Assembly: GCA_003159795.1 (NCBI GenBank)
Contig: PLPK01000011.1
Location: forward strand, 34,064-98,063
Length of the DNA: 64,000 nucleotides
Origin: Acidimicrobiaceae bacterium
GTDB lineage: Bacteria > Actinomycetota > Acidimicrobiia > Acidimicrobiales > Bog-793
Direction of reading: 5' to 3'
Part shown: one piece after another, positions 61,017-64,000 of the stretch
Numbering within the stretch: the stretch's first letter is position 1
Layout of the letters: each line of letters opens with the position of its first letter
Position numbers and translations under genes: made by a program
The notes under the pieces: generated by a model
What the model was told of the DNA's origin: nothing
The model's database searches: none
The model's input: only the letters and a program-made list of their open reading frames with translations

Positions 61017-61125
61017 GACTGCTTGCACCGGGATGTTACCCGCGGGGCGCGGGGCGCTCCAGGGTTCGGACGGAACTCCCGGCGCCCCGTCCCGCCGCGC
61101 CGTGCGGCGGCCAAAGGGCTCGAGT

Positions 61126-62637
61126 TCAGTTGCTCGGGCAGACCTTGCCGGATGGCGGGACCTTGCCGGTCGTGAGGTACGAGTCGACGTAGCCGCGCAC
61201 GCACGAGCTGAAGAAGTACCCCGTGTGGCCCGAGCCAGTCCGGGTGAGCAGGACGGCGTTGTCGAGCTGTGCCGCGACGGCCTTCGCCCAGGCGTACGGC
61301 GTCGCGGGGTCGTCCGTCGAGCCGACGACGAGGATCGTCGGCGTGCCCGGGGCGTGGATCTCGTGGGGAGCCCCCTCAGCCGGGATCGGCCAGTAGGCGC
61401 AGGTGAGCGAGCCCCACGCCTCGGCCGCCCCGAAGTCGGGGGCGACCGCCGAGAGCCGCTTCGCCAGCGACTCGTAGAACGAGAGGTCGCGGACCGAGGG
61501 CGAGTCGACGCAGTTGATCGCGACGTTCGCCTCGTCCTCGTTCGAGAACTTGCCGTTCTGCTGGAGGCCCTCGTACTCGTAGGCGAGCGCGGCGAGGAGG
61601 TCACCTTTGTGCTGCAGACCCCGTTTGATCGCGAGACCGAGATACCCCCAGGCGCTCTTCGAGTACAGCGACGAGATGACGCCGAGCTGGGCGACCCCGA
61701 GCGTCACCGGCTGGACCCCGCCGTAGCGCGACTTGAAGTCGGCTTGGATCGTGTTGCCGGCGGCGAAGAACGCCATCAGCTTGTGGTACGCCGCTTGCGC
61801 CCCGCCTGGGAGCCGCTTGCGGCACGTCTTGTCGTGATCGCACCAGCCGAAGAAGGCGTGCAGGTCGCCTTCGAAACCGAGCGCCTGCTCGCGGTCCCCC
61901 GCCACGAGCGACAGCGCCGGGTCGACCGCGCCGTCGAGCACCATCGCGCCGATGTGGGTCGGGTACTTCGCCGCGTACATCTCGCCGATGAAGGTCCCGT
62001 AGGAGAACCCGAGGTAGTAGAGCTTGGACTGCCCGAGGTCGGCGCGCAGTTGGTCGAGGTCTTCGATCGTCGTCGCCGTGCCGACGTTCTCGAGCAGGAG
62101 GCGCGAGGTGTGCGCCAGACAGGCCGCGACGAACTGCTTCGCCAACTTGACGCCGGCCGCGATCTCGGCCGGCGTCGACGGCTGCGGGTTCTCCTGGGTC
62201 AGCGCGCGGACCTGGTTGGCGTTGACACAGGTGACGGGATCGCTCCGCTCGACACCGCGCGGGTCCCAGCTCACGAGGTTGAATTTGGCGCGCAGAGAAG
62301 GCGAGAACGCCGAGGCGCTCTGCTCAAGGAAGTCGACACCCGAAGCCCCCGGGCCGCCAGGGTTCGTGAACAGGTCACCGAGGGGCTTGGCGCTCGTCGA
62401 CGGGAGCATCACGACGGCGAGGTTGAGCTTGCCGAGCGAGGGCTTCGCGTAGTCGATGGGCACCGGGATCGAGGCACAACGGAAGTCCTTATGCCCGCGG
62501 CACGTCGTCCACTTGATGGCCGAGTTGATGGCCCGGGACGCGACCGGCGACGACGCCCCAACCGCGGAGACGCCGAGAACCGACGCCGATCCGGCGATGA
62601 AGAGCAGAACTGGAGCGAAGGTCCTCAACGCTCGCAT
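61126..62637 (-). CDS. secreted alpha/beta-hydrolase, tripeptidyl aminopeptidase (Tap/S33)-like
   Basis: Signal peptide (FAPVLLFIAGSASVLGVSA), nucleophile elbow GFSYGT, and a TAP-like C-terminal segment with GSGHTGY. Confidence 0.85.
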   Translation of the reverse strand: MRALRTFAPVLLFIAGSASVLGVSAVGASSPVASRAINSAIKWTTCRGHKDFRCASIPVPIDYAKPSLGKLNLAVVMLPSTSAKPLGDLFTNPGGPGASGVDFLEQSASAFSPSLRAKFNLVSWDPRGVERSDPVTCVNANQVRALTQENPQPSTPAEIAAGVKLAKQFVAACLAHTSRLLLENVGTATTIEDLDQLRADLGQSKLYYLGFSYGTFIGEMYAAKYPTHIGAMVLDGAVDPALSLVAGDREQALGFEGDLHAFFGWCDHDKTCRKRLPGGAQAAYHKLMAFFAAGNTIQADFKSRYGGVQPVTLGVAQLGVISSLYSKSAWGYLGLAIKRGLQHKGDLLAALAYEYEGLQQNGKFSNEDEANVAINCVDSPSVRDLSFYESLAKRLSAVAPDFGAAEAWGSLTCAYWPIPAEGAPHEIHAPGTPTILVVGSTDDPATPYAWAKAVAAQLDNAVLLTRTGSGHTGYFFSSCVRGYVDSYLTTGKVPPSGKVCPSN

Positions 62638-62715
62638 GAGCCACCTTGCCTGTCCGGGGGACGCCGGGCGCGTCCTTGGGTCACTGTAACGGTGAACCGC
62701 GCCGCGGACGGCCCG

Positions 62716-63975
62716 CTACTCCTCGGCCGTCGTCATCCCGAAGTCGCGCCGCCACCCCGTGGGGAGGAGCAACTCGAGCACGTCGTCCACGGTGACGACG
62801 CCGATCATGCGGTGGTCCTCGTCGACGACGGGTGCCGTCGAAAGGTTGAAGTCCGACATCTTGCGCACGATCGCGTGGATGTCCGCGTCGGCGCGCACCG
62901 TCACGGGGTCGCGCTCGGCGATCGAGGAGAGCTTGGCCTGGGGGGAGACCTTGAGCAGCCGCACGACCGAGACCGTCCCAGCGATCCGTCCTTCGGGGTC
63001 GGCCGTGTACACCATCGCGAGCGCCTCGGGGGCGATGTCGCTCCGGCGGATCGCCTCCAGCGCCTCGCCCGCGGTCGTCGTGGCGGCGAGTGAGAGGAAG
63101 TCCGGGTTCATCAACCCGCCGCCGGTCTCCGGGTTGTAGCTGAGCAGCCGGCGTACCTTGGCCTGCTGTCGAGCGGGAAGCGCCTCGAGGACAGCGAGGC
63201 GGCGGTCCTGATCGAGATCGTTGATGAGATCCGCCGCATCGTCAGGCGCCATCGTCGCGAGCACGCGGGCCGCTTCGGCGTCGGAACGGGACTCGAGGAA
63301 CTCCCGCTGGTGCTCGGGGTCGAGCTCCTCGAAGACGTCGGCCTCGAGCTCCCGATCGAGGCTCACCGCCTCGATGATCTCCTCGCCCTCCTCGTGGGAG
63401 GCCGCCTCGACGAGATCGGCGATCTGCGCCGGACGCAGGCGGGAGAGCTTGCGCAGCGGGATCCGCATCCGCGCCGTCGGCACGTGGGCGACGAATGGCT
63501 CGATGCTGCCCCAGTCGACGAGCGACTTCGTCCGGATCCGGCGGGCGAGGCGCCGCGGCATGAGACGCCGCATCACGCCCCGTCCCGAGGGGTCGACGCC
63601 GACCACCTGCCAGACCCCGTCGGTCTCGGCGAGCTCGATCTCGTTGGCGCGGATGAGGTGCGCGCCGACGACGTGGATGAGATGGCGCGCCTGGAGATCG
63701 CGGGCCAGCAGCAACTCGCCGGGCCGACGTTCGAAACGGCCGAGCTCAAGCGTCACCCCGATCAGCTGCACGAACCGCGGTCGCATCGATTCGATCCGGT
63801 CGATCGGGATGAACAGCTCCCGTCCGGCGACGCGGGCGACGAGTCCGGTGATCGGCGGGTGCGACTGTCCGGCGAGCCGGACGATCAGGTCCTCGACCCG
63901 CCCGATGCGTTCCCCCGCCGGGTCGAGGAGCGGGCTTCTGATGAGCGCCGAGAGGTGGAGGAACTCAGGGGACAT
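62716..63975 (-). CDS. PRC-barrel / MgtE N-terminal domain / tandem-CBS protein lacking the MgtE membrane domain
   Basis: The N-terminus is PRC-like (LLDPAGERIGRVEDLIV...GRELFIPIDRI). It is followed by MgtE_N-like acidic helices (EEIIEAVSLDRELEADVFEELDPEH..., APDDAADLINDLDQD) and then a CBS pair (ETGGGLMNPDF...VVDEDHRMIGVVTVDDVLELL). The protein ends about 20 aa later with no TM segments. Confidence 0.8.
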   Translation of the reverse strand: MSPEFLHLSALIRSPLLDPAGERIGRVEDLIVRLAGQSHPPITGLVARVAGRELFIPIDRIESMRPRFVQLIGVTLELGRFERRPGELLLARDLQARHLIHVVGAHLIRANEIELAETDGVWQVVGVDPSGRGVMRRLMPRRLARRIRTKSLVDWGSIEPFVAHVPTARMRIPLRKLSRLRPAQIADLVEAASHEEGEEIIEAVSLDRELEADVFEELDPEHQREFLESRSDAEAARVLATMAPDDAADLINDLDQDRRLAVLEALPARQQAKVRRLLSYNPETGGGLMNPDFLSLAATTTAGEALEAIRRSDIAPEALAMVYTADPEGRIAGTVSVVRLLKVSPQAKLSSIAERDPVTVRADADIHAIVRKMSDFNLSTAPVVDEDHRMIGVVTVDDVLELLLPTGWRRDFGMTTAEE

Positions 63976-64000
63976 CGGGGGTCGCAGCGGAAGACCAGCT

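Noticed and set aside
60598-63093. 831-aa plus-strand ORF, the longest in the track
   Set aside because: Its composition is dominated by Arg/Gly/Pro/Asp runs and it has no family motif. It runs antisense to the Tap-like peptidase and the MgtE_N-CBS gene and crosses the M-box leader. This is typical shadow-frame behaviour in high-GC DNA.
1-64000. CRISPR arrays, rRNA genes, additional tRNAs and prophage or defence-system genes
   Set aside because: Reading both strands, I saw no regularly spaced repeats, no rRNA-like conserved blocks, no other cloverleaf-compatible segments, and no recognisable defence, toxin or phage structural motifs.

Overview
This is a densely coding, high-GC actinobacterial chromosome segment. 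Hand counts on single 60-nt lines give about 75% GC in the hem genes. Only a minority of the six-frame ORFs are real. Most of the long Arg/Pro/Gly-rich ORFs are off-frame or antisense shadows of genes with clear family motifs.

Gene order, left to right:
- rex-hemA-hemC/D(fused)-hemB operon
- excisionase-like HTH gene, proC, mshA
- divergent sodX/sodN (Ni-SOD) pair
- DksA/TraR-like gene, PIG-L deacetylase, uppP, cspA with an intrinsic terminator
- a decayed acyl-CoA desaturase remnant and a GH3 hydrolase
- a Dpp/Opp/Nik-type ABC importer (SBP, permease, fused permease-ATPase, ATPase with an insertion)
- hydroxyacid dehydrogenase and glycerate kinase
- a visibly lower-GC block (about 22.3-29.3 kb) carrying a translationally coupled PP2C phosphatase, Ser/Thr kinase and GS-like enzyme operon, an APC permease, and an IS481-family element inserted into the 3' end of tRNA-Gln(UUG) with a 15-bp duplication
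- bS22, then ispE-rsmA-tatD-metG-rsmI, ychF, a bL37-like micro-ORF, glpQ
- a large nucleoside-salvage block (upp, PNP, phosphopentomutase-like, add, deoA, cdd, BMP-type nucleoside ABC importer, PfkB kinase)
- pepN and a GDT1/UPF0016 transporter
- a four-gene GT4 / two-methyltransferase / alpha-alpha-toroid cluster
- an M-box Mg2+ riboswitch in front of an NRAMP-related transporter with NRMT-type (Mg2+) site residues
- a Tap-like secreted peptidase and a TM-less PRC-MgtE_N-CBS protein

I saw no rRNA and no CRISPR array. All family calls come from motif recognition by eye. No database search was run.
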